From a virus (lineage: Duplodnaviria > Caudoviricetes), in IMG/VR virus record IMGVR_UViG_3300025018_000268, positions 1-40,377 of that record: DNA of 40,377 bases; one strand, 5' to 3'. A program made the position numbers and the translations under genes. Positions 26,111 through 34,084 of this stretch are shown one piece after another. The notes beneath the pieces are model-generated. The model was given only the letters and a program-made list of their open reading frames with translations. It was not told the DNA's origin and made no database searches. How positions within the stretch are numbered: position 1 is the stretch's first letter; every line of letters begins with the position of its first letter.

Positions 26111-26545
26111 ATGTTTATTACAGAGAAGAAACAAGAAATCATCAATCAGGTAGTCGGCTTTAAATGTGACAAATGTAACACATCTTTTACTTCTGAGGAT
26201 TTTGTTGAAATGCAGGAATGTGTCTCTATCAATATCATGGGAGGCTGGGGTTCTGTATTCGGCGATGGCTCTGATTTGAGTGCTACATTTTGTCAAAATT
26301 GCGCAAAAGAATTGTTTGGAGAATATATGAATGATAATATAAATGAAGAACCTGAGGAATTTGAAGGGTTCAATTTGTCTTATGAACAGGCAATACAAAT
26401 AAGAGAATGGGAAGAGGCTGGATGTACCTGGAGAAAAATTGCTGAGAAGGCTGCTGAAGCATGGCCAGATATGGACATTGGTTTTGACAATCAATTAGAT
26501 GGAAGAGAACTTGCCTTTGCTACTGATAGAATTCTGGCAGCATGA
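26111..26545 (+). CDS. Hypothetical protein with N-terminal zinc ribbon
   Basis: CDKC...GGWGSVFGDG...FCQNC followed by an acidic helical C-terminus. Confidence 0.7.
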   Translation: MFITEKKQEIINQVVGFKCDKCNTSFTSEDFVEMQECVSINIMGGWGSVFGDGSDLSATFCQNCAKELFGEYMNDNINEEPEEFEGFNLSYEQAIQIREWEEAGCTWRKIAEKAAEAWPDMDIGFDNQLDGRELAFATDRILAA

Positions 26546-26555
26546 TTAATAGTGC

Positions 26556-26627
26556 TTGACATCTCCTTCGGGTTATGTTATACTCTTTATATAAGATTGA
26601 TTGAGAGTAAAGAATTAAAGGAGAATC
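26556..26627 (+). promoter_or_regulatory. Repeated early promoter/leader/RBS cassette
   Basis: TTGACA-17-TATACT, exact 22-nt core at 26576-26597. Confidence 0.85.
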
Positions 26628-26816
26628 ATGAAAGCAATGTCAACAAGGGATAAACTTCAAGAAATAATTTCTACTCTGGAATTTCTACTCATTGAAATTC
26701 CAGATGAGGATGAGGCTATTGAGGCTAATATTGACCTAGATGAATTGACCTCATCAATATCACATTTGGTTATGGCTATTAATGGCTTGAATGCTTCATT
26801 AATCACTGCAAAATAG
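26628..26816 (+). CDS. Small acidic helical protein (62 aa)
   Basis: ORF behind the cassette, upstream of gp43. Confidence 0.68.
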   Translation: MKAMSTRDKLQEIISTLEFLLIEIPDEDEAIEANIDLDELTSSISHLVMAINGLNASLITAK

Positions 26817-26825
26817 GAGAATCAG

Positions 26826-29390
26826 TTGCCGAATTATAACCAATATCTCTCTGTGAATCATATAGGAGGGTATGTATACTCTAAGGAGGTGCATACCCTT
26901 AACAGAGAAATAGAAATCAAAAGAGTAAAGAAATTCAATTGGAAATTTTTCATTCAGGATCAATTAGGTGAAGGGAAATATCAGGATGTTAAAGGTCATC
27001 CTCTTAAACTTATTTCCTCTGCAACAATAAAGGATTTCAAAGATAAAGTAAAAGCTTTCAATGATTATGGTCATAAGGTTTATGGTACAGACAAATTAGC
27101 ATATCAATACATATATGAAAATTTTGAGAAGGATAAGATAAATAACAAATTTGTAAGAATAGGGTATTTTGATATTGAAACATCAAGAGACCCTATTCAT
27201 GGATATAGTCCTGCACATGAAGCAAAGAATCCTATCACGACTATTTCATTGGTCTTGAATGGAAAGAATTATTACTGGGCGAGAAAGGATCTTCCTTCAT
27301 CTTTCCTTGATAAATTTAATGTTGAATTCTTTTGGTTTGACAATGAAGCTGAAATGCTTGATAATTTCAATCGATTCGTTGGGCTTAATGTTGATATCCT
27401 TTCTGGATGGAATATTGAAACATATGATATAACGTATCTTGTAACAAGGTCATTGAATTTGGGAGTAGATCCTAAGAAGTTATCGCCTTTCAATATGATC
27501 ACCAAGAAAGAAATTAAGGATGGGTTCTATAATACACATACAACATACAATATTATAGGCGTAGCTATTCTTGATTATCTTCAGTTGTATAAAAAATTTA
27601 CATATGTTACAAGAGACAATTATCGGTTAGATACTATTGCTGAAGTTGAATTAGGCGACAAGAAAGTGGATTATGCTGCTTATGGTAACCTTGAGAATCT
27701 CTATCATGAAAATTTTGAGCTGTTCTCCGAGTACAATATCAAGGATTCACAAATTGTAAGCAGATTAGAGAACAAATTGAGGCTTATTGATCTTGCTATT
27801 ACTCTTGCGTATAAAACAGGCTGTAACTTCGAGGATACATTAGGTACTGTGAAGATATGGACAGTATATCTTTATCAGGAGATGATGGATAAAAACATTG
27901 TCCCACATATGTTTCCTGAAGCAATGCCTGAAAAAGAGATTGTTGGCGGATATGTCAAGGATCCTATTCGAGGTAAGCATGAATGGGTAATGTCTTTCGA
28001 CTTAGCTTCTCTGTATCCACATAATCAAATGGGGATGAATATTTCATTTGATAAAATTCTTGATGATGAGGAATTACCAGCTGACATTTTACAATTGAAA
28101 GCTGACATCCTTAATAATTGTAATTCTGTTGAACAGCACATAGAGAATATTGTGTCGAAGGAATACGACCTTAGCATCCTCAAGCAATATAATATTGGTA
28201 TGACACCGAACATACAATTCTATAAAAATGATGGTCTGGGCATCATTCCTAGCATCCTGAAAGGTGTTTATAATGAAAGAAAAGCTGTAAAAGTTGAAAT
28301 GCTCAAGAGAAAACAGGAAAAGATTGATACTGGTAACAATGCTCTTGATAATGAAATCGCTAGGTTGAATGCCATTCAATTAGCTTTAAAGGTCCTAATG
28401 AACTCGCAGTATGGAGCTTTGGCAAATCCCTGGTTTCTTTATTTCGATACACGAAATGCTGAAGCAATTACTTCTGTGGGCCAAACTGCAATCAAATTCA
28501 TTGGGAACAAGCTCAATGAATTTATGAATAAAATAATGCAAACTACGGGTATTGATTACATTATCGCTACTGATACTGACTCTGTGTATATTAATTTCGG
28601 AGGTCTTGTCAAAAAGTATTTCCCTGATAAAACGAAAGAAGAAACAACTAATATGCTTGACAAGATGGCTAATGAGAAAATTCAGCCTTTCATCAATAAA
28701 TCTTATCATGAATTGAAGGATTACCTCAACGGTTTCAATATGGAATGGTTTATGAAAAGAGAGGCTATTGCTTCTTCTGCTGTGTTTGTTCAAAAGAAAA
28801 GGTATTTTATGCATATTCTTGATGATGAAGGCGTAAGAATGAAGGTTCCTAAATTGAAGGTTACTGGCCTTGAAGCAGTAAGATCAAGTACGCCTGATAT
28901 CTGCAGGAAGGCATTAAAAGCCATCATGGGAACAATTCTTGAAAAGAATGAGGAGGCAGTCCAGAAAGAAGTAGAAAGGTTCAAGAAGGAATTTTATAAA
29001 GCTGATCCTATTGACATTTCAATTCCTAAATCAGTAAATGATATTGAGAAATGGATATCAAATAATAACACATCATGGAAAACAGGTACACCGTTCGGAG
29101 TGAGAAGTGCTATTATATTTAATGCTTTGATGTCGAAAGTTGATCCATTGTATGAGACAATAAAGAGTGGCGATAAGGTCAAGATTTGCTATCTTAAATT
29201 GCCTAATAAATTTAAGTCGAATGCGATCGCTTTCCCTAATGAAATCCCTAAGAAATTGGGATTGGATAATGTAATGATTGATCGAGAGACACAATTCGGA
29301 AAGACGTATCTAAATGCTCTTGATGCCATTCTTGGTGTGATAGGCTGGAGTTCAGCAAAGAAAAACAAATTATCTGGTTTCTTCGGATAA
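26826..29390 (+). CDS. gp43: Family B DNA polymerase gp43
   Basis: ExoI FDIET, ExoII GWNIETYD, ExoIII YNIKD, SFDLASLYP, KVLMNSQYG, DTDS, KKRY; C-terminal clamp-binding LSGFF. Confidence 0.97.
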   Translation: MPNYNQYLSVNHIGGYVYSKEVHTLNREIEIKRVKKFNWKFFIQDQLGEGKYQDVKGHPLKLISSATIKDFKDKVKAFNDYGHKVYGTDKLAYQYIYENFEKDKINNKFVRIGYFDIETSRDPIHGYSPAHEAKNPITTISLVLNGKNYYWARKDLPSSFLDKFNVEFFWFDNEAEMLDNFNRFVGLNVDILSGWNIETYDITYLVTRSLNLGVDPKKLSPFNMITKKEIKDGFYNTHTTYNIIGVAILDYLQLYKKFTYVTRDNYRLDTIAEVELGDKKVDYAAYGNLENLYHENFELFSEYNIKDSQIVSRLENKLRLIDLAITLAYKTGCNFEDTLGTVKIWTVYLYQEMMDKNIVPHMFPEAMPEKEIVGGYVKDPIRGKHEWVMSFDLASLYPHNQMGMNISFDKILDDEELPADILQLKADILNNCNSVEQHIENIVSKEYDLSILKQYNIGMTPNIQFYKNDGLGIIPSILKGVYNERKAVKVEMLKRKQEKIDTGNNALDNEIARLNAIQLALKVLMNSQYGALANPWFLYFDTRNAEAITSVGQTAIKFIGNKLNEFMNKIMQTTGIDYIIATDTDSVYINFGGLVKKYFPDKTKEETTNMLDKMANEKIQPFINKSYHELKDYLNGFNMEWFMKREAIASSAVFVQKKRYFMHILDDEGVRMKVPKLKVTGLEAVRSSTPDICRKALKAIMGTILEKNEEAVQKEVERFKKEFYKADPIDISIPKSVNDIEKWISNNNTSWKTGTPFGVRSAIIFNALMSKVDPLYETIKSGDKVKICYLKLPNKFKSNAIAFPNEIPKKLGLDNVMIDRETQFGKTYLNALDAILGVIGWSSAKKNKLSGFFG

Positions 29391-29393
29391 TAA

Positions 29394-29457
29394 AGAGAGG
29401 TGTCAAGTATTATTTGACACCTCTCTCCTTTTGTGTTATTATTACATCTTATAAATA
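29394..29457 (+). promoter_or_regulatory. gp43 terminator hairpin fused with a sigma70 promoter, plus late promoter
   Basis: 13-bp stem AGAGAGGTGTCAA/TTGACACCTCTCT; -35 at 29414, TATTAT at 29437; TATAAATA 29450-29457. Confidence 0.8.
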
Positions 29458-29501
29458 ATAAGAACACAAGATAATAACACAAATGCACAAGTGAGGACAC
29501 A

Positions 29502-29642
29502 ATGAGAAAAATAAAGATCAATAAAACCAAAATAAAAATAAGATACCCTATCCCTGGGCCTAACAAGGTCACTATAGATAAATCTAAATATTGCAGAACA
29601 CAAAAACATAAAAATGAAAACATACAAAGAATTTATTCTTGA
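29502..29642 (+). CDS. Small highly basic protein (46 aa)
   Basis: GAGGA RBS; MRKIKINKTKIKIRYPIPGPNKVTIDKSKYCRTQKHK. Confidence 0.55.
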   Translation: MRKIKINKTKIKIRYPIPGPNKVTIDKSKYCRTQKHKNENIQRIYS

Positions 29643-30357
29643 GGCTGGCCAGCAATTTGAGAGGCAAGAAAATAGCTTCATTATGTCCGTCAATGATGCT
29701 GTGCTGAAGAACAACGGCAAACCCATTGCATTACATTCAACCCATGCAACCATAAAGAATGTACTCAAGGCAGAGAAATTCACAGGAAGACAATCTTCTG
29801 GCTCTGAACCATATACTGATGTACAACTTATTACTTCTTCAGGCCATGTCAATCTGTCAATGAAAGGTCCAACAGCTCCATCATTAGCAGGAGGTGGCTT
29901 GAGAGGCCTTGAGATTATCATCCCAGGACTAGGCACTAGATTCTTTCGGGCTGTTCATGACCGTCTCATAAAGACAGGACATAAGCTTGGCGATAAAGTT
30001 CCTGATCAATATGGCATTCTCTCTTTTAAAGATAAAGAATTGATTGTTGTTGGTAATGCTGCTATGGGTGGACCGATTGATTACATGTACATAGGGCCAA
30101 TGGAAGTGAAATCAAAATACATTAGTGGTTCTCTTACTGTAAATGGTAAATTGATTGCTGCTATGGAATACGCCAAATCAAAGGATCTTTATTTTAGATT
30201 ACGAGCAAGAAGAGCTGACCAAACATTTGATCCTCATGCCTCTGATAAAAACGGTGTGCCTAAAATATATGGCAAATCTCCATCGAAGGGTGATACTGCA
30301 GGAAGGTTAGTTGTTACTGACAAACCTACCAAAGCAAGCAACCTTATAAAATTCTAA
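29614..30357 (+). CDS. Capsid-targeted protein, possible PD-(D/E)xK-like nuclease
   Basis: MKTYKEFILEA tag; E...PYTDV...NLSMK pattern. Confidence 0.6.
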   Translation: MKTYKEFILEAGQQFERQENSFIMSVNDAVLKNNGKPIALHSTHATIKNVLKAEKFTGRQSSGSEPYTDVQLITSSGHVNLSMKGPTAPSLAGGGLRGLEIIIPGLGTRFFRAVHDRLIKTGHKLGDKVPDQYGILSFKDKELIVVGNAAMGGPIDYMYIGPMEVKSKYISGSLTVNGKLIAAMEYAKSKDLYFRLRARRADQTFDPHASDKNGVPKIYGKSPSKGDTAGRLVVTDKPTKASNLIKF

Positions 30358-30370
30358 TGCAAGAACCTAA

Positions 30371-30814
30371 ATGAAAACATTTAAGCAAATAGTAGATGAG
30401 GCAAAAATAGTGGGACATATCAATCTCCCGAAAGAAGCACCAAAGAAAGAAGGAGAAGTATCAAAGAAGGAATTGGATGCTCTTGAGAAAATCCTTGATG
30501 CTTTGTTCAAACATGCAGGGCTGGATATAGAATTTACTCGACATTTCCTGGATAGAGTAAATGACAAGAGAAACATCAAGCAAATTGATATACCAGAATT
30601 ACAAAAGCTCTTTGTCAAGACACACCAAAAATATACTGATGCCTTGAAAAAGATGCCGGACAGTGCTGAAGCTGTGCTCAATGACATACAGACTGATATC
30701 AATCTTCCCTTCGTTATCAAATGGAATCCAAAATCAAAGATGATGGAATTGGTTTCTAAAACAGTAATGCGTAAACGGAATTTTAATACCCCGGACAAAA
30801 AACTGAAGGTATAA
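30371..30814 (+). CDS. Capsid-targeted protein, RegB/RelE-fold RNase-like
   Basis: MKTFKQIVDEA tag; KHAGLDIEFTRHFLDR...ID...LF resembles T4 RegB KAAG..HLKYSQHLLDR..ID....LF as recalled. Confidence 0.55.
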   Translation: MKTFKQIVDEAKIVGHINLPKEAPKKEGEVSKKELDALEKILDALFKHAGLDIEFTRHFLDRVNDKRNIKQIDIPELQKLFVKTHQKYTDALKKMPDSAEAVLNDIQTDINLPFVIKWNPKSKMMELVSKTVMRKRNFNTPDKKLKV

Positions 30815-30816
30815 GG

Positions 30817-31380
30817 ATGAAAAGTTTTACAGAATACCTCCTGGAATTATCATTACAGAAAGCTGATAATTTCCAAAAAAACGCACATCAAGGGCAAACA
30901 AGAAAAACAAGCGGAGAACCTTATTCAGTGCATCCAACAGCTGTGTATCAATTTCTTGTAAGCCTAGGCATTAAGGACAGGAATCTTCTTGTTGCTGCTT
31001 ATCTGCATGATACCATCGAGGACTCTCCTACTTCATTCAATGACATCAAGAAAGAATTCAACCAAGATGTTGCAAGAATAGTCAAGGCATTGTCAAGCTC
31101 TGATAAAGGGATTCAAGCATTAGGCAAAGCATCATACCTAGCAAAGAAGATGATAGCAATGGATCCTGATGTGCTTGTCATTAAGTTAGCTGATCGGTGG
31201 CACAATACCACCGATATGAATTCATTACCTAAGGATAAAGCAGAAAAATATATGGCACAAACTGATTACATCATCCAGGAATTAGAATCCTCAAGAAGAT
31301 TGAATAAAACTCATAAGAAAATCATCAAGCAGATTGAAAAAAATATGAAAAATTCTGGATACAAGACAATAACCGTATAA
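30817..31380 (+). CDS. Capsid-targeted HD-domain small alarmone hydrolase (Mesh1/SpoT-HD like)
   Basis: MKSFTEYLLE tag; AH.GQTRK.SGEPY..HP, AAYLHDTIEDS, IKLADRWHN. Confidence 0.88.
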   Translation: MKSFTEYLLELSLQKADNFQKNAHQGQTRKTSGEPYSVHPTAVYQFLVSLGIKDRNLLVAAYLHDTIEDSPTSFNDIKKEFNQDVARIVKALSSSDKGIQALGKASYLAKKMIAMDPDVLVIKLADRWHNTTDMNSLPKDKAEKYMAQTDYIIQELESSRRLNKTHKKIIKQIEKNMKNSGYKTITV

Positions 31381-31420
31381 TTGCTCACTAATATTAGTTG
31401 TGTTACTGTGTAAAAATATG

Positions 31421-31496
31421 TTGACAAGAACAGAAAATAATGTTATACTCTTTATATAAGATTGATTGAGATAAAAATAAATTACTGAGGAGTGAA
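31421..31496 (+). promoter_or_regulatory. Repeated early promoter/leader/RBS cassette
   Basis: TTGACA-17-TATACT, exact 22-nt core at 31441-31462, GAGGAG. Confidence 0.85.
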
Positions 31497-32669
31497 ATGA
31501 AACAGCTTAAACATTTGGATCATATTGAAGATTTGTTATTGATGAAAGGCTCTGAAGGATTGAATAGGGCTTTGTATATTTGCGAGCGCATGATTTCGGA
31601 GCCTAAGAGTCATAAAGTAAGCGTAAAAATTGATGGTGCTCCTTCTGTGATTGCTGGATGGAATCGATACAGCGAATTCTTTGTTGCTACAAAGAGCTTA
31701 TTCAATAAAACGCCAAAGGTAAATTACTCTATTGAGGATATACAAAAAAATCATGGACATGCTCCTGGCCTAGAAAACAAATTGGTTTATGCTCTGACAT
31801 ATTTCAAAGATATTATCCCTCAAGGAAGAATCTTTCAAGGCGATATCCTTTTTACTGCTATGGATGTGCATTCTTTTATTGATGATGAAGGCTGTTATGT
31901 GTCAATAAAACCGAATACAGTAGAATACAGAACAAGAGACCGAAAAATAATTGATACAGTCAAATATGCTAAAATAGGTGTTGTCTGGCATACTGAATAC
32001 ATTGGTCAATCTTTTGATGATTTAGAGGCGATGATTTCATCGGATGTGTCTTGTATCAAATCAAATGAAAATGTTTACATTGCCAAGTCCGATTTCATTG
32101 ATAAATTTGGAAAATCTCGATTTAATGAAATGGAAGAGGCTGGTCTCTTTGCATATGTCAATGCCATTGAAATGAAGATGCAACGGTTGAAAGAAAATAA
32201 TAATAGGATTGATGAAATCTTTAATGAAAAATCGGAAATTTCTGACCTGGCAATGCAATTCATCAATGCAAGGTTACGAGAAGGTAAAGTATTCGTCAAC
32301 AAGGAAGAAAGTCTTCTGGAGTTTGTCAATTTCACAAGATATAAATATAATAAAGTAAAATTGATAAGTAAATCCGCTATTGATGCAAATGAACAGAAAT
32401 ACATGAATCTTTATTCATTCATAATGTATTCACTAGGAGTAAGGCAATGCATCATGGAAGTATTTGAGCTTCATTACTGGTTGCAGTGCCTCAAGCAAAG
32501 ATTGATTGAAAAATTAAATCTCCCTACGAAGGATTACAAATGGAAATGTTTTATCGATGGGTCTCCTTCTAATCATGAAGGCTTTGTTGTGACAAACAAT
32601 TTTTCTTCTGTAAAGTTTGTTGATCGTATGGAGTTTTCAAGAGCAAATTTTAATAACAGTAGGTTCTAA
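31497..32669 (+). CDS. Conserved T4-like phage protein (DUF6267-like) with ligase-type nucleotidyltransferase motifs
   Basis: HLDHIEDL, KIDGAP (KxDG), FQGDILF, HEGFVV, KFVDRMEFSRANF. Confidence 0.7.
   Translation: MKQLKHLDHIEDLLLMKGSEGLNRALYICERMISEPKSHKVSVKIDGAPSVIAGWNRYSEFFVATKSLFNKTPKVNYSIEDIQKNHGHAPGLENKLVYALTYFKDIIPQGRIFQGDILFTAMDVHSFIDDEGCYVSIKPNTVEYRTRDRKIIDTVKYAKIGVVWHTEYIGQSFDDLEAMISSDVSCIKSNENVYIAKSDFIDKFGKSRFNEMEEAGLFAYVNAIEMKMQRLKENNNRIDEIFNEKSEISDLAMQFINARLREGKVFVNKEESLLEFVNFTRYKYNKVKLISKSAIDANEQKYMNLYSFIMYSLGVRQCIMEVFELHYWLQCLKQRLIEKLNLPTKDYKWKCFIDGSPSNHEGFVVTNNFSSVKFVDRMEFSRANFNNSRF
32340..32347 (+). promoter_or_regulatory. Intragenic T4-type late promoter
   Basis: TATAAATA about 325 nt upstream of three consecutive capsid-targeted ORFs. 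Confidence 0.5.
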
Positions 32670-32671
32670 TA

Positions 32672-33118
32672 ATGCTTTCATTTACTGAATTTTTGATTGA
32701 AGGGATGAACATCAAAGTAAACAAGAAGGAAATAGAAATCACTAAACCTTCAAGAGCAGCGAAGGATACTCTTGTTGTTCTTGATGTTGCTAATTTTGAT
32801 AAGGCATACAAATCAATTGCACTCAAGCAAGGCTTTTATATAGGTAAAAAAGGATCAGGTGGCATTTCTGGCAGATATAAAAGATTTGGATTATTTGTCA
32901 TGGGAGGGAAGGAAGAAATCGAACCTGGGTTCGATATTGATCATGAACCTGCTAAATCCATAGAAGCCGCTGAAGTTTCTGTCAATGACAAGGGTGAAAT
33001 TCAATTTACCAATGGTCGACATCGATATGCATGGTTAAGAGATAATAATGCATCGAAAATAATTGTTGCAATGGATAAAGAATCTGTGTATAATGCCAGA
33101 AAGTACAAATACATTTGA
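32672..33118 (+). CDS. Capsid-targeted ParB/Srx-fold-like protein
   Basis: MLSFTEFLIEG tag; IQFTNGRHRYAWL matches the (D/N)GxHR motif. Confidence 0.68.
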   Translation: MLSFTEFLIEGMNIKVNKKEIEITKPSRAAKDTLVVLDVANFDKAYKSIALKQGFYIGKKGSGGISGRYKRFGLFVMGGKEEIEPGFDIDHEPAKSIEAAEVSVNDKGEIQFTNGRHRYAWLRDNNASKIIVAMDKESVYNARKYKYI

Positions 33119-33134
33119 TTATATAGAGGTAAAC

Positions 33135-33740
33135 ATGCTTTCATTTTCTGGATTCAAGACAGTAGGATTAATCAACGAAGTAAAATCAAGCAAGGCTGCC
33201 GTGATTACTTTCGGTAGATTCAACCCAATAACCTCAGGTCATGAAAAGGTTGTCAATACTGTTTTACAATGGGCCTCAAGTAAAAGAGCTGATGCTCTTA
33301 TTTTTCCTTCTCAATCAGAGGATCCAAAAAAGAATCCTCTGCTGTATAAGGACAAAGTCAAATACATGAAGCAACTCTTTCCGAAAGCAAAGATTATAAA
33401 TGACCTGAGCGTAAAAAATGTTTTCTATGCGTTGAAAATGTTATCAGCGGCTGGATATAAAGATGTTACTCTTGTTGTCGGTTCAGATAGAGTAGAGGAA
33501 TTTGATGCTCAAATAAGAAAATACATCAAGCATCCAGATGCAACAAAGTCTTATGATTTTGATAATTTTAAGGTGATAAATGCAGGCGAGAGAGAAGGTG
33601 CGATATCAGCCTCATTAATGAGACAGTACGCAAAGGATGATGATTTTGAATCATTCAAGAAAGGTCTTCCCTCAACAGCTACAAAAAGTATTGCAAGTGC
33701 AATTTTTAAGGATGTCCGAAAGGGCATGAAAATAACATAA
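33135..33740 (+). CDS. Cytidyltransferase-like (HxGH-superfamily) nucleotidyltransferase with tag-like N-terminus
   Basis: TFGRFNPITSGHEK, KNPL, VVGSDR, ISASLMR; ATG 33135 follows GAGGT. Confidence 0.85.
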   Translation: MLSFSGFKTVGLINEVKSSKAAVITFGRFNPITSGHEKVVNTVLQWASSKRADALIFPSQSEDPKKNPLLYKDKVKYMKQLFPKAKIINDLSVKNVFYALKMLSAAGYKDVTLVVGSDRVEEFDAQIRKYIKHPDATKSYDFDNFKVINAGEREGAISASLMRQYAKDDDFESFKKGLPSTATKSIASAIFKDVRKGMKIT

Positions 33741-33756
33741 CATTAAGGAAAACAAA

Positions 33757-34080
33757 ATGAAAAGTTTCAAACAGTATTCAATCGATGAAGCCACTATGAC
33801 TGATTACGAATTGGCTGTGTATCCAGACAAAGTGAAGTTTACTAAGGATGGCAATGTATCTTCTTATTCATTGATCATGAAGATGGAAGGCGGAAAAAAG
33901 ACTACTGTTGTTAAGGATGCAAAATTGGAAAGAGCCATTATTAGTTTCCTTGGTGATGATGACATCAAAACTTCTCTTGCTGTTAACCCAGAAGCAGGTG
34001 TGTATGATGTGGAAGTTTATCAGGATGCAAAGGGAATGTATATTGAATTAGGTTCCAAAAAAGTTTATTTCAAAGGATAA
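33757..34080 (+). CDS. Putative internal head protein with capsid-targeting sequence
   Basis: MKSFKQYSIDEA. Confidence 0.72.
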   Translation: MKSFKQYSIDEATMTDYELAVYPDKVKFTKDGNVSSYSLIMKMEGGKKTTVVKDAKLERAIISFLGDDDIKTSLAVNPEAGVYDVEVYQDAKGMYIELGSKKVYFKG

Positions 34081-34084
34081 TCAT

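Noticed and set aside
26826-29390. Intron or intein in gp43
   Set aside because: The ORF is uninterrupted, of normal length, and shows no intein motifs.
17053-31496. Repeated 22-nt core considered as a CRISPR repeat
   Set aside because: Copies are 0.5-5 kb apart, sit within promoters, have no regular spacers, and no cas genes are present.
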